This document shows positions 54,913-64,000 of a DNA stretch of 64,000 nt, piece after piece. Position 1 is the stretch's first letter, and each line of letters begins with the position of its first letter. The position numbers were made by a program, and so were the translations under genes. The DNA is taken from the NCBI GenBank assembly GCA_030696105.1, contig JAUYNJ010000001.1:2747-66746 (forward strand). The letters run 5' to 3'. The notes under the pieces were generated by a model, which was not told the origin of the DNA, did not search any database, and saw nothing but the letters and a program-made list of their open reading frames with translations. The stretch is from a bacterium (lineage in GTDB: Bacteria > Patescibacteriota > Patescibacteriia > Patescibacteriales > UBA12465).

Positions 54913-57900
54913 TTATGCGTTATCGCCCTGGGTCTCTATACGGTCATCTACGGCGATGATTTCTGGCTTGTCATGATCGAAACGCTCATCTTTGGGCACA
55001 TCGATAACTTCGAGGTCAAGATCAGTGACAACTTCTGAGGCTGGTAAACCGCCGCCGCCGGAGCCACCCAGCAACTCGACACTTAGGCCTAAGCCCTTAA
55101 GTTCGCGAATAAGAACGTTGAAGGATTCTGGTACATTTAATTTTTCAATTTCTTCACCCTTAATGATGGCTTCATAAGCCTTGCTGCGTCCAGGGACGTC
55201 ATCAGACTTAATCGTCAACATTTCTTGCAGAGTATGGGCGGCGCCGTAACCTTCAAGCGCCCATACTTCCATTTCACCGAAACGCTGACCACCAAACTGA
55301 GCTTTACCACCCAAAGGCTGCTGCGTAATCAGTGAGTAGGGTCCAATTGAGCGCTGGTGGATTTTATCTTCCACCATGTGGTTCAATTTCAAAACATATT
55401 TATAACCAACGGTAATCTTGTGATCAAAAGCTTCACCAGTGCGACCGTCAAACAAAGTGACCTTACCATCTTCTGGTAAACCAGCTCTCTTTAATTCGGA
55501 TTTAATTTGGTCTTCAGTGATACCATTTAAAGCGGGTGTTGCAACTCGGTAGCCAAGCTTCTGCGCGGCAAAACCAAGATGTGATTCCAGCAACTGACCG
55601 AGGTTCATACGGGAGATAATACCTAAAGGAGACAGGATGACATCAATCGGCGTACCGTCGGCCATATAAGGCATATCTTCAGCGGCAACGATACGGGAAA
55701 TAACACCCTTATTACCGTGGCGACCGGAAACCTTATCACCGACCTGCACCTTGCGCAGGTTGGCAACGGAAACCTGAATGGATTTCAAAACACCGGCGGC
55801 AAGCTTGTCGCCTTCTTCACGAGAGAAGATTTTTACATCAACAACTTTGCCGTGTTCCCCGTGCTCAAGATACAAAGAGGAATCACGCACATCTTTCGCT
55901 TTCTCGCCGAAAATCGCACGCAGTAATTTTTCTTCGGCCGAAAGAGTTGTTTCACCCTTTGGAGTAATCTTGCCGACAAGAATATCACCAGAAGAAACTT
56001 CAGCGCCGATATGAATAATACCGTCTTCATCCAGATTCTTTAATTTCTCTTCGCTGATATTAGGAATGTCGTTGGTAATAACTTCCGGTCCAAGCTTAGT
56101 ATCGCGAACATCAATTGTGTAATTTTCAATATGAATAGAAGAATAGACATCTTCCTTCACTAAACGTTCAGAGATAATAACAGCATCTTCATAGTTAAAA
56201 CCATCCCAGGTCATGAAGGCAACAAGCACGTTCTTACCTAAAGACAACTCTCCGTTATCAATCGAGGGGCCATCAGATAAAATTTGACCAGCCTTCACCT
56301 TCTCACCGACTGTTACTAGAGGGTGCTGATTAATACAGGTCGAAAAATTTGAACGTAAAAACTTATTCAAAACGTATTTTGTAACAATTCCTTTTTTATT
56401 CTCAACTTCGATAACGCTGGCGTCAGACTTAATGACAATGCCGTCTTCTTTAGAAATGACGACATGACCGCTATCACGAGCCGCACGGGCTTCAACACCA
56501 GTGCCCACGATTGGCGCTTCCGCTTTCACTAAAGGCACAGCCTGACGTTGCATGTTTGTTCCCATCAGTGAGCGCTGTCCGTCATTGTGTTCCATGAAAG
56601 GAATAAGCGAGGTAGCGATGGAAATAATCTGATTCGCGGCCACGCCGACGAAATCAATCTTTTCAACTTCCTCCATTCCGGGCTGACCAAACTTTCTCAC
56701 TTCAAAACGGCTAACGATAATACGATTATCGGCATCAACTGGAATAGTAGCATCGGCAGTAATATATTTTTCTTCTTCAAAAGCATCGATAAATACGATT
56801 TCATCGGTAATACGGCTACCAGTCTTATCATGTTTAACACGACGATATGGAGTTTCTAAGAAACCATAACTATTTAAACGAGCAAAGCTGGATAAGTGAC
56901 CAACAAGACCAATATTTGGACCTTCAGGAGTAGCAATCGGACAAATACGACCATAGTGAGTGGCGTGTACATCGCGGACATCGAAGCCAGCGCGTTCGCG
57001 GGTTAAACCACCCGGACCCATCGCTGATAAACGGCGCTTGTGTTCGAGTTCAGCGAGCGGATTGGTCTGGTCCATGAACTGTGACAACTGAGAAGACATG
57101 AAGAATTCCTTCACCACACCAATAACAGGACGAGAGTTCACTAATTTATTTGGGGTAAGAGTGGCGATATCAGTCGTGGACATGCGGTCCTTGATGATGC
57201 GCTCCATGCGGGCTAAACCAACACGGAAACGATTCTGAACGAGCCCACCAATCGCGCGAATACGGCGATTGCCGAGATGATCAATATCATCTTCAGCTTC
57301 TTTTGTAATATTTAAACGAATAACTTCTTTAACAATAAGAAGTAAATCTTCCTTTCTTAAAACGCGGTTCTCTTTTTTATTTGCTAAATCTAAACTAAAG
57401 CGGCGGTTGAGCTTATAGCGACCGACGCGACCGAAATCGTAACGGTCAAAACGGAAAAACATCGAGTGAATCAACTGACGAGCATTATCAACTGAAGCTA
57501 AGTCCCCAGGACGGATGCGACGATAGACTTCCTGCAAGCCTTCGGCTTCATTCTTAGCGGTATCTTTTTCAATAGTTGCCTCGATAAATGTCTGCTCCTC
57601 TTCATTCTTAACTAAATCAACATCAGCGAATAACTTCTTAATTTCTTCATCTGTTTCATAACCAAAAGCACGTAATAACGACGTTACCGCCACCTTACGC
57701 TTTCTATCAATACGCACCCAGATAACTTTATTTGAATCAGTTTCAATTTCTAACCAAGCACCGCGATTTGGAATAATCTTCGCGCCGTAGCATTTCTTCC
57801 CTTTAATAAATTCAGCGGTAAACATTACACCAGCGGAACGAATAAGCTGAGACACGATAACACGTTCAATACCGTTAATAATGAAGGTGCCCTTATCAGT

Positions 57901-58290
57901 CATGATTGGGAAATCACCGAGGTATACTTCTTGATTAGAAACGCTGTCAGTCTTCTTATTCACGAGGCGAGTCTTTACGCGGAGAGGTGCTTCGTAAGTA
58001 ATGTTCTTCTCACGACTCTCAACTTCAGAGAATTTCGGCTCATCTAGGTAATATTCTTCAAAATACAACTCTAAATCACGGCCAATGAAGTCCGTGACTG
58101 GGTTAATTTCGTCAAATAATTCAGCCAGGCCCTCTTCCAGGAACCAGCGGTACGAATCTTTTTGAATCTCAATAAGATCCGGTAAGGGCATCACCTCTTT
58201 AAAGTCGGTAAAGAACTTACGTTCGGCGATTTTTTTATCTACGGTGATCGCGTTTGGCATATGCTTTAAGGGCGGCAAACCATGCGCCAT
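54913..58290 (-). CDS. rpoB: DNA-directed RNA polymerase subunit beta
   Basis: Conserved blocks include RLSAMGPGGL, GRHGNKGV and QRFGEMEVWALE. The length is 1125 aa. Confidence 0.97.
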   Translation of the reverse strand: MAHGLPPLKHMPNAITVDKKIAERKFFTDFKEVMPLPDLIEIQKDSYRWFLEEGLAELFDEINPVTDFIGRDLELYFEEYYLDEPKFSEVESREKNITYEAPLRVKTRLVNKKTDSVSNQEVYLGDFPIMTDKGTFIINGIERVIVSQLIRSAGVMFTAEFIKGKKCYGAKIIPNRGAWLEIETDSNKVIWVRIDRKRKVAVTSLLRAFGYETDEEIKKLFADVDLVKNEEEQTFIEATIEKDTAKNEAEGLQEVYRRIRPGDLASVDNARQLIHSMFFRFDRYDFGRVGRYKLNRRFSLDLANKKENRVLRKEDLLLIVKEVIRLNITKEAEDDIDHLGNRRIRAIGGLVQNRFRVGLARMERIIKDRMSTTDIATLTPNKLVNSRPVIGVVKEFFMSSQLSQFMDQTNPLAELEHKRRLSAMGPGGLTRERAGFDVRDVHATHYGRICPIATPEGPNIGLVGHLSSFARLNSYGFLETPYRRVKHDKTGSRITDEIVFIDAFEEEKYITADATIPVDADNRIIVSRFEVRKFGQPGMEEVEKIDFVGVAANQIISIATSLIPFMEHNDGQRSLMGTNMQRQAVPLVKAEAPIVGTGVEARAARDSGHVVISKEDGIVIKSDASVIEVENKKGIVTKYVLNKFLRSNFSTCINQHPLVTVGEKVKAGQILSDGPSIDNGELSLGKNVLVAFMTWDGFNYEDAVIISERLVKEDVYSSIHIENYTIDVRDTKLGPEVITNDIPNISEEKLKNLDEDGIIHIGAEVSSGDILVGKITPKGETTLSAEEKLLRAIFGEKAKDVRDSSLYLEHGEHGKVVDVKIFSREEGDKLAAGVLKSIQVSVANLRKVQVGDKVSGRHGNKGVISRIVAAEDMPYMADGTPIDVILSPLGIISRMNLGQLLESHLGFAAQKLGYRVATPALNGITEDQIKSELKRAGLPEDGKVTLFDGRTGEAFDHKITVGYKYVLKLNHMVEDKIHQRSIGPYSLITQQPLGGKAQFGGQRFGEMEVWALEGYGAAHTLQEMLTIKSDDVPGRSKAYEAIIKGEEIEKLNVPESFNVLIRELKGLGLSVELLGGSGGGGLPASEVVTDLDLEVIDVPKDERFDHDKPEIIAVDDRIETQGDNA

Positions 58291-58358
58291 CTATTTAAAG
58301 TAGAATGGCGATTGTTTAACCTGAATTTTATTGACTTGATGAGACAAGCGCATTAACG

Positions 58359-58389
58359 AAAAAAAGCCTCAAACCGAAAATGGCTTGAG
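58359..58389 (-). terminator. Terminator-like hairpin between the murE-like gene and rpoB
   Basis: On the minus strand the stem is ctcaagcc/ggtttgag with one mismatch and loop attttc, followed by gc and a T7 run. Confidence 0.45.
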
Positions 58390-58572
58390 TTTTCATTACT
58401 ATCTTTTGTTGCGCTTTGAGTATATAATCACTTTAGAATAATGCTTATTTATAAAGTGAATTTGAGCGAAAAATACAAAAAAAACGGATGGTGTCGAAAT
58501 GAAAAATTCTGCACCTCTCTTGTCGTTTTTTCTAGATTTTTTACCTAATTGCTGATTGTAATTCTTATAGTA

Positions 58573-60009
58573 TTACATTCCAGAATATTTGTCAACAGGT
58601 TCTTTTGACAGCTCCTCCCTGGCTACCCAGCGGTCATCCCAGGGTATTTTTTTGTCATCAGCGACGCAGATATACTGCTCGGCCCCTTTGCCGGTAATTA
58701 ACACTAAATCGGAAGGTTCCGCGAGCTTAAAAGCCAGACGGAAGGCTTCACGACGGTCCAAAACCTTATATAAGTCAGTATTTAAGACTTTGCCGACATG
58801 ATCGGCCCCAATAGCGACCTGATCAATAATTAACTGTGGATCTTCGTCATAAGGATCCTCGTTAGTGACAATGACGATATCCGCCTGCTCACCAGCCATC
58901 TTCCCTAATATCGGGCGGCGCGACTGATCGCGACCCCCGCCAGTTGAGCCAAGAACATGGATTAAACGGTGATGCGGAATGCGGTCTAAATTCTGATATA
59001 GCGCCTCAAGCGCCTTTGGTTCAAAGGCGTAATCAATTAACACCGTAAACGACTGGCCAGCCTCAATTTTTTCCATCTTTCCAGCCAACACCTTAATACG
59101 ACTAAGCGCATCAATTGACTCACTTAAAGCAATATCCAGACAATGGGTTGCACTGAGAGCGCTTACGGCGTTAAAAACATTATATGAGCCCAGTATCGGC
59201 AGATGACACATTTCACCATTAAACTTAAAACGTGAGCCGCTGGCTTCTGAGAATAATGGCTCATAAACGAGATATTCCGGTTCTGGTTTTATTTCGTCGC
59301 CGTCTTGATAATATAAATCCCTAGTTTTTAAAGATGAGTTTAAGGTATAGACGACTTTACGCTCAGCGGCGAAGGACAGAAAATATGAAGCATATTCATC
59401 ATCACCGTTAACGATAATCGTTTTCTTAATACGGCGTAGCTCAGTTTTTTTCAAACCACTCGCGCCCATGACTACTCTATTATTCTCATCAAGATACTTA
59501 ACGCCACAAGTGCTCAGATGCGCAAATAACTTGCCTTTCGCTTTTTTATAATTTTCAAAATTACCGTGAGCTTCAATGTGCTCCGGATACAAGTTTGTAA
59601 AAACAAGCAAATCGTAATTAATAAAACGATGCCGGAATTGTTCAATTCCCTGTGAAGTCGTCTCCACGACCACGGCCCGACAACCATTCTTAATCATGCG
59701 ACGAAGTGAGCGCTGCAAAAAGAAACGACCGGGCATAGTCATTTTTTTATCATTCAACCACTCACGAGCGCCATCATCAAATTGCGCTGTCGAAGTATAT
59801 CCCGCCTTATAGCCACTGGCCGATAAGAGACGCGCTAAAAAATAGACACTAGTTGTTTTACCGGTCGTCCCCGTCACACCAATAACTATCAGTTGCCGAC
59901 TAGGGAAACCGTAACATAAAGCCGCCAGGGCACCCATCAGATAATGATAGATGGGCTGTAACCAGACGAACAATTTTTGCGGTATTAACTTTTTGAGTTT
60001 TGATAACAT
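58573..60009 (-). CDS. murE: Mur ligase family protein, MurE-like
   Basis: The ATP-binding P-loop is GVTGTTGKTT, and central and C-terminal Mur ligase domains are present. The ATG at 60009 is preferred because the ftsK terminator hairpin lies inside the longer ORF (to 60087). Confidence 0.7.
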   Translation of the reverse strand: MLSKLKKLIPQKLFVWLQPIYHYLMGALAALCYGFPSRQLIVIGVTGTTGKTTSVYFLARLLSASGYKAGYTSTAQFDDGAREWLNDKKMTMPGRFFLQRSLRRMIKNGCRAVVVETTSQGIEQFRHRFINYDLLVFTNLYPEHIEAHGNFENYKKAKGKLFAHLSTCGVKYLDENNRVVMGASGLKKTELRRIKKTIIVNGDDEYASYFLSFAAERKVVYTLNSSLKTRDLYYQDGDEIKPEPEYLVYEPLFSEASGSRFKFNGEMCHLPILGSYNVFNAVSALSATHCLDIALSESIDALSRIKVLAGKMEKIEAGQSFTVLIDYAFEPKALEALYQNLDRIPHHRLIHVLGSTGGGRDQSRRPILGKMAGEQADIVIVTNEDPYDEDPQLIIDQVAIGADHVGKVLNTDLYKVLDRREAFRLAFKLAEPSDLVLITGKGAEQYICVADDKKIPWDDRWVAREELSKEPVDKYSGM

Positions 60010-60049
60010 ATATCTATTATAACAAGAAAGATAAAAAGAAAAAACTGTA

Positions 60050-60077
60050 CAAAAAAGGCCTTTGTCAGGCCTTTTTA
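60050..60077 (-). terminator. Rho-independent terminator after ftsK
   Basis: On the minus strand the stem aaaggcc/ggccttt has loop tgaca and is followed by a T6 run. Confidence 0.65.
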
Positions 60078-60095
60078 TCTTGTTCATATTATCAA

Positions 60096-62744
60096 CTATC
60101 GACTGAAAAACATGCCTTCATCCTCTTCCTCGAAGGCTCTTGGTTTTGGCTTCGATTTTGGCGTCGCTTCTGCCTCTGTCGTGTCGGGAGTGGTAGTATT
60201 ATCTTCTTCATCAACAACTTCAAGCTCTTCTTCAGTTTCTTTAACTTCCGCCTCTTCATCCACGTCCTCCACATAATTATTTCCGGCCGTTTTACCTGAT
60301 CGGATATCATCAAGAATTTCTTCTTCATTTTTTACATCATCTTCTGAGCCATCATCGTCGAGCAAGAAATCAGGCGTATCCTCAACAGTAGTTTCCACTT
60401 CCTCGATTTCTTCCTCATCATTTGAGAAAGCGAGAGTGCCGTCATCGCCCTCATCTTCACCGAGATATGAACCAGGGGCTTGTGCTTCGCTACGTTTATG
60501 AACGGGCAAACCACTCATGCCCTGACTCTGCATATTTTCAAATTCTTCACGACTAATTAATATCTCGCGTGGCTTCGAGCCGTTTGACGGACTGATTACG
60601 CCGGCGTCTTCAAGCATATCTAATATTTTTGCAGCGCGACCATAGCCGATAGATAAACGTCTTTGTAGAAGTGAGGTTGAAGCCTTACCGGCTTTAATAA
60701 TAATTTCTTGCGCTTCACTCATTAATTCGTCTTCATCGCCGTGAGTCCCGTCCATGCCAACACCGGCATTACCACCAACCTTCTGTCTATCAGTGACGCC
60801 TTCAAGATAATCAGCCTCGCCGCTCTTTTCTTTAATGAAGCTGATGATGTCATTTATTTCTTGATCGCTGACATAGGCGCCCTGAATACGTTTTGGTTTT
60901 GAGAGCTCAGCAGTGGTGAGCAACATATCTCCCTGCCCTAATAATTTCTCAGCGCCGCTCATATCAAGAATCGTTTTGGAGTCAACCAAAGAAGTTACCG
61001 AGAAAGCGATACGCGCTGGCACATTAGCTTTAATTAAACCCGTAATAACATCAACGCTTGGGCGCTGCGTCGCGAGAATTAGGTGGATACCAACGGCACG
61101 CGACATCTGAGCAAGACGAATAATCGCCGCCTCCATTTCTTTACCTGAGGTCATCATGAAATCAGCGAGCTCATCAATAATAAAAATAATGTAGGGCAAC
61201 TTCTCTGCCGGCTTGTCGCTATTATAACTTTGAATATTTTTCTTGCCAGCCTTATTTAAAACATCATAACGACGGTCCATTTCATTCAAACACCACTTCA
61301 AAGCGTTGATTGTTTTTGAAACATCGGTAATGACCGGGGTAAGCAAGTGTGGAATGCCATTATAGGCTGGTAATTCAACGCGCTTTGGATCAACCATAAT
61401 AAAGCGCAAATCGTCAGGATTATTCTGATATAAAAGTGAAATAATAATGGTATTTAAACAAACTGACTTTCCAGAATTAGTCGCGCCAGCCACCAGTAAA
61501 TGCGGCATGCGGGTAATGTCATAAATCCAAGATGTGCCAGATACGTCCTTACCGAGCGCAATCATCATATTGTGCTTGCGACGTTTAAAGACATCGTCTT
61601 CTAATACTTCCCTTAAACCCACGATAGCTTTAGTTTTGTTTGGGACTTCCACGCCAACAAGCGATTGCCCAGGTATTGGCGCTTCGATACGTATAGGATG
61701 AGCGGCGAGAGCTAGGGATAAGTCATTATTTAAAGTAATGATGCGCGAGACTTTAACACCCTCCGCCGGTTTAAAAGTATATTGGGTCACGGTTGGCCCC
61801 ACTTTAGTCTCGGCCATATCAACCATAATGCCGAAATTTTCTAAGGTTCTTTTAATCTTTGCGGCCGCCGCCTGAGTGTCTCCGCCAATAGCTTGACCAG
61901 TCTTGCCGTTTAATAATTCCAAAGGCAAATCGATACGGAATCTTTTTTTCGGCCAGACAATTTTTTCTTGAATTCTCTCCGGTGCTGATTTTGCGAGCTT
62001 AGCCTGTACCTCAGCAATTTCGGCTTCAACCTCTTCATCTAATTCCTCCTCTTCATCGCCCTCTTCAATCATTTTGCTTTGCCATGCCTCTAAGGCCTCT
62101 GCTTTAGCACGTTCTATCAGTTCAGTTGCCTCACGACGAGCATCCTCTCTTTCCGGGCTAGTCGTAAAGACGCCACTAAAAGCTTGTCCGATCTTTTTTA
62201 TTATCGAAGCAAAAGGACTTTCAGCTCCGATAATTTTTGAGAGTGAAGTGTTGAAGACAATAACAAGAGCAACAAGAAATAAGCAAACGATAACTGTAAC
62301 CCCTCCCCAAAAACCGAAAGCATAAAAGAAGGCTTCACTTAAATATAAACCGACATAACCACCACCGATACCGTCAATTACATTTTGCTTCCAATCGGTG
62401 CGGTCAAAAAAGAAGTGAAATAATGATTGATAGGATATAAATAAGAGGCCAAGACCAAAATAATCAGTAAACTTAACATCCACAACCTTATTACGCACTA
62501 ACAAAATACCCCAGAACAATGAAATAATTGGCACTAACCATTTACCAAAACCAAAAATAAGGGTTAACCACTTCGAAAAGAAAATACCGGCTTGTCCCGA
62601 CATATTTAACAGACCAAACAAGGATATCAAACCGAAAGCGAAGACTAAAACAATGCCGATACTGCGCTTGGCGCGTTCATCAAGGCTAAAGTCCATGTCT
62701 ACAGCATCAAAAGGATTGCCATTTTTTTTCTTTTTTCTTCCCAT
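60096..62744 (-). CDS. ftsK: DNA translocase FtsK with an acidic C-terminal extension
   Basis: It has N-terminal TM helices. The Walker A motif is AGATNSGKSV and the Walker B motif is FIIDELAD. The gamma winged-helix is LLQRRLSIGYGRAAKILDMLEDAGVISP, followed by a ~170-180 aa Asp/Glu-rich tail. Confidence 0.9.
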   Translation of the reverse strand: MGRKKKKNGNPFDAVDMDFSLDERAKRSIGIVLVFAFGLISLFGLLNMSGQAGIFFSKWLTLIFGFGKWLVPIISLFWGILLVRNKVVDVKFTDYFGLGLLFISYQSLFHFFFDRTDWKQNVIDGIGGGYVGLYLSEAFFYAFGFWGGVTVIVCLFLVALVIVFNTSLSKIIGAESPFASIIKKIGQAFSGVFTTSPEREDARREATELIERAKAEALEAWQSKMIEEGDEEEELDEEVEAEIAEVQAKLAKSAPERIQEKIVWPKKRFRIDLPLELLNGKTGQAIGGDTQAAAAKIKRTLENFGIMVDMAETKVGPTVTQYTFKPAEGVKVSRIITLNNDLSLALAAHPIRIEAPIPGQSLVGVEVPNKTKAIVGLREVLEDDVFKRRKHNMMIALGKDVSGTSWIYDITRMPHLLVAGATNSGKSVCLNTIIISLLYQNNPDDLRFIMVDPKRVELPAYNGIPHLLTPVITDVSKTINALKWCLNEMDRRYDVLNKAGKKNIQSYNSDKPAEKLPYIIFIIDELADFMMTSGKEMEAAIIRLAQMSRAVGIHLILATQRPSVDVITGLIKANVPARIAFSVTSLVDSKTILDMSGAEKLLGQGDMLLTTAELSKPKRIQGAYVSDQEINDIISFIKEKSGEADYLEGVTDRQKVGGNAGVGMDGTHGDEDELMSEAQEIIIKAGKASTSLLQRRLSIGYGRAAKILDMLEDAGVISPSNGSKPREILISREEFENMQSQGMSGLPVHKRSEAQAPGSYLGEDEGDDGTLAFSNDEEEIEEVETTVEDTPDFLLDDDGSEDDVKNEEEILDDIRSGKTAGNNYVEDVDEEAEVKETEEELEVVDEEDNTTTPDTTEAEATPKSKPKPRAFEEEDEGMFFSR

Positions 62745-62789
62745 ACATCAAGCGCCTTTTTGGTGGCGACGTTAATTTGCACTTAATTC

Positions 62790-62819
62790 ATTATACCAAA
62801 TGAGCGGGTTTATGCGCAA
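62790..62819 (-). promoter_or_regulatory. Candidate extended -10 promoter (TGGTATAAT) for ftsK
   Basis: On the minus strand TGGTATAAT lies at 62798-62790. A weak -35 TTGCGC lies at 62819-62814, giving an 18-nt spacer. Confidence 0.4.
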
Positions 62820-62836
62820 AGTCTTTATATAAGCAT

Positions 62837-63868
62837 TTAAAGCTCGTCAGCAATCTCGTCTAAAAACAACTGCGTCCGACGCGCTACTTTTGCTTTAAAT
62901 ACAGTTAATTTATTTTGATAGTCCTTACTTTGTTTTACAAAATGCTTCGCTCTTTTGAGAAGAGCGCCTTTTTTCAACTCATCTAACTCAACAATTGACT
63001 CAGGAATTCCGAGAAATCTTGCGAAATTACGATTACGTAAATCATAAGCGACATTAATTTCAGGAGTTATCGCGCCAGCGGCCATTACACATGAGTGAAG
63101 CATCATGCCAATCACTAAATCTAGCTTTCCGTAGAGTGTTTTTTGTAGCCGCGGCTCTTCGTCTAATAATTTTAAGCCTTTAATCTTGAGTTCTGGATAA
63201 ATATTGTCTTCGCCGGGATGATGCTTTAAATAATAAACTGAGGCACCATAATTTTCTTGAAAATATTTTGCAGTCTCGCGATAAGAATTAAGAATATCTT
63301 CACGCCATTGCCCAAATCCAAGCCACCCAGAATAATTTAAATTCAAACCAAGTTTAAACCCAGGTGCTAATTTTATTTTTGTACTCGGCTCTTGCAGCAG
63401 TAAAGCGGGGTCACCAATAACTTTTATTTTTTTACTTGGAATTCCGTATTTAACCAAAAATCTTTTTGTGTAATTTTCACGTACACTCAAAAAGTTGGCT
63501 CGCTTTGCAAGGGCGATAACACTATCGCGTTCTTTTTTCGCTAACGGCCTTGCGCCAACCTCGCGAATGTAACCCAGACCAAAAGTTGCAAACGGTTTTT
63601 TGATTGCGCTTATCATCTCTAAAGAGAATGGCAAAAAATATCGATAAAACAAACCGCCGCCGCCCATAATTACTAAATCTGCACTATTTAAGGCCGCCGC
63701 TTTTTTTTGATCATAGGTTTTTAAAACTTCAACCGGATAATCAATAATATGCGCCTCTGGAAATTTCGCTAATAGTAATTCTTGGGCCGCTAATACAATA
63801 GCTAGATCGCCCTTATTCATCTTGTCCCATACATGGATATGGGCTATTGTTTTTACTTTCTTTTTCAT
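62837..63868 (-). CDS. Polysaccharide pyruvyl transferase family protein
   Basis: The N-terminal ...WDKMNKGDLAIVLA... and the DLVIMGGGGLF motif are typical of the PS_pyruv_trans/CsaB-like family. Confidence 0.55.
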   Translation of the reverse strand: MKKKVKTIAHIHVWDKMNKGDLAIVLAAQELLLAKFPEAHIIDYPVEVLKTYDQKKAAALNSADLVIMGGGGLFYRYFLPFSLEMISAIKKPFATFGLGYIREVGARPLAKKERDSVIALAKRANFLSVRENYTKRFLVKYGIPSKKIKVIGDPALLLQEPSTKIKLAPGFKLGLNLNYSGWLGFGQWREDILNSYRETAKYFQENYGASVYYLKHHPGEDNIYPELKIKGLKLLDEEPRLQKTLYGKLDLVIGMMLHSCVMAAGAITPEINVAYDLRNRNFARFLGIPESIVELDELKKGALLKRAKHFVKQSKDYQNKLTVFKAKVARRTQLFLDEIADEL

Positions 63869-63871
63869 AAG

Positions 63872-64000
63872 CTATATTTTTTTGTAGAGCGCTGCATATA
63901 ATGGTGCGGATGCATCCCAAGACCAATCCTTATGCAAGCCACTCGCCTGAATACGATCAAACTTCTTTTTATTTTTATAATACAAAACTAAGGCTTTTTT
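63872..64000 (-). CDS. C-terminal fragment of a GT1/GT5-type glycosyltransferase (truncated by the window edge)
   Basis: The frame is open from the window end and translates as ...KFDRIQASGLHKDWSWDASAPLYAALYKKI*. That tail resembles glycogen-synthase-like and GT1 C-termini. Confidence 0.45.
   Translation of the reverse strand, partial: KKALVLYYKNKKKFDRIQASGLHKDWSWDASAPLYAALYKKI

Noticed and set aside
60000-60328. ORFs 60000-60299 (+) and 60092-60328 (-)
   Set aside because: They overlap the purine-rich DNA that encodes the acidic ftsK tail, or sit in an alternative frame of it. Their low-complexity Lys/Phe translations are not credible.
1-64000. CRISPR arrays, rRNA genes, IS elements with terminal inverted repeats, reverse transcriptase/DGR components
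   Set aside because: I saw no regularly spaced direct repeats, no rRNA-like conserved blocks and no transposase or RT motifs in any listed ORF or intergenic gap. A computational repeat scan would be needed to exclude short or degenerate cases.

Overview
The window looks like a chromosomal segment from a small-genome, Patescibacteria/CPR-like bacterium. That assignment is an inference from gene content. The standard genetic code applies, and GGAGG Shine-Dalgarno sites and consensus sigma70 promoters are visible. Most genes lie on the minus strand. Recognisable housekeeping genes are recG, radA, gltX, rsmA, leuS, xth, a four-subunit 2-oxoacid:ferredoxin oxidoreductase (porGDAB), rnhA, recJ, lepA, murJ, rpoB, rpoC, a MurE-like ligase, ftsK, tRNA-Ser(GCT) and tRNA-Arg(GCG). 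There are five accessory regions. (1) Positions 1-4265 are a visibly AT-richer partial integrated element carrying an HUH rolling-circle Rep and a large serine recombinase. The recombinase ORF runs into tRNA-Ser, and a degenerate duplicate of the tRNA 5' half lies next door. (2) Positions 9598-19180 hold a two-operon, relaxase-less T4SS-like set (VirB4, PrgI/VirB3-like, VirB6-like and unknowns) that reads directly into radA. (3) Positions 21725-30695 encode a ~2,770-2,800 aa secreted Cys-rich giant protein with a calcium-repeat neighbour. (4) Positions 34848-40836 form a co-directional block in which a DsbA-like oxidoreductase precedes the por operon. Two secreted Cys-rich proteins are wedged between the por subunits. 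They share a T4SS-pilin-like hydrophobic hairpin, and one carries a C-terminal NlpC/P60 hydrolase domain. (5) Positions 46739-50698 hold an envelope glycosylation module (GT2 plus a TMTC/PMT-like GT-C with TPR repeats). All calls rest on reading the ORF translations and the DNA by eye; no searches were run.
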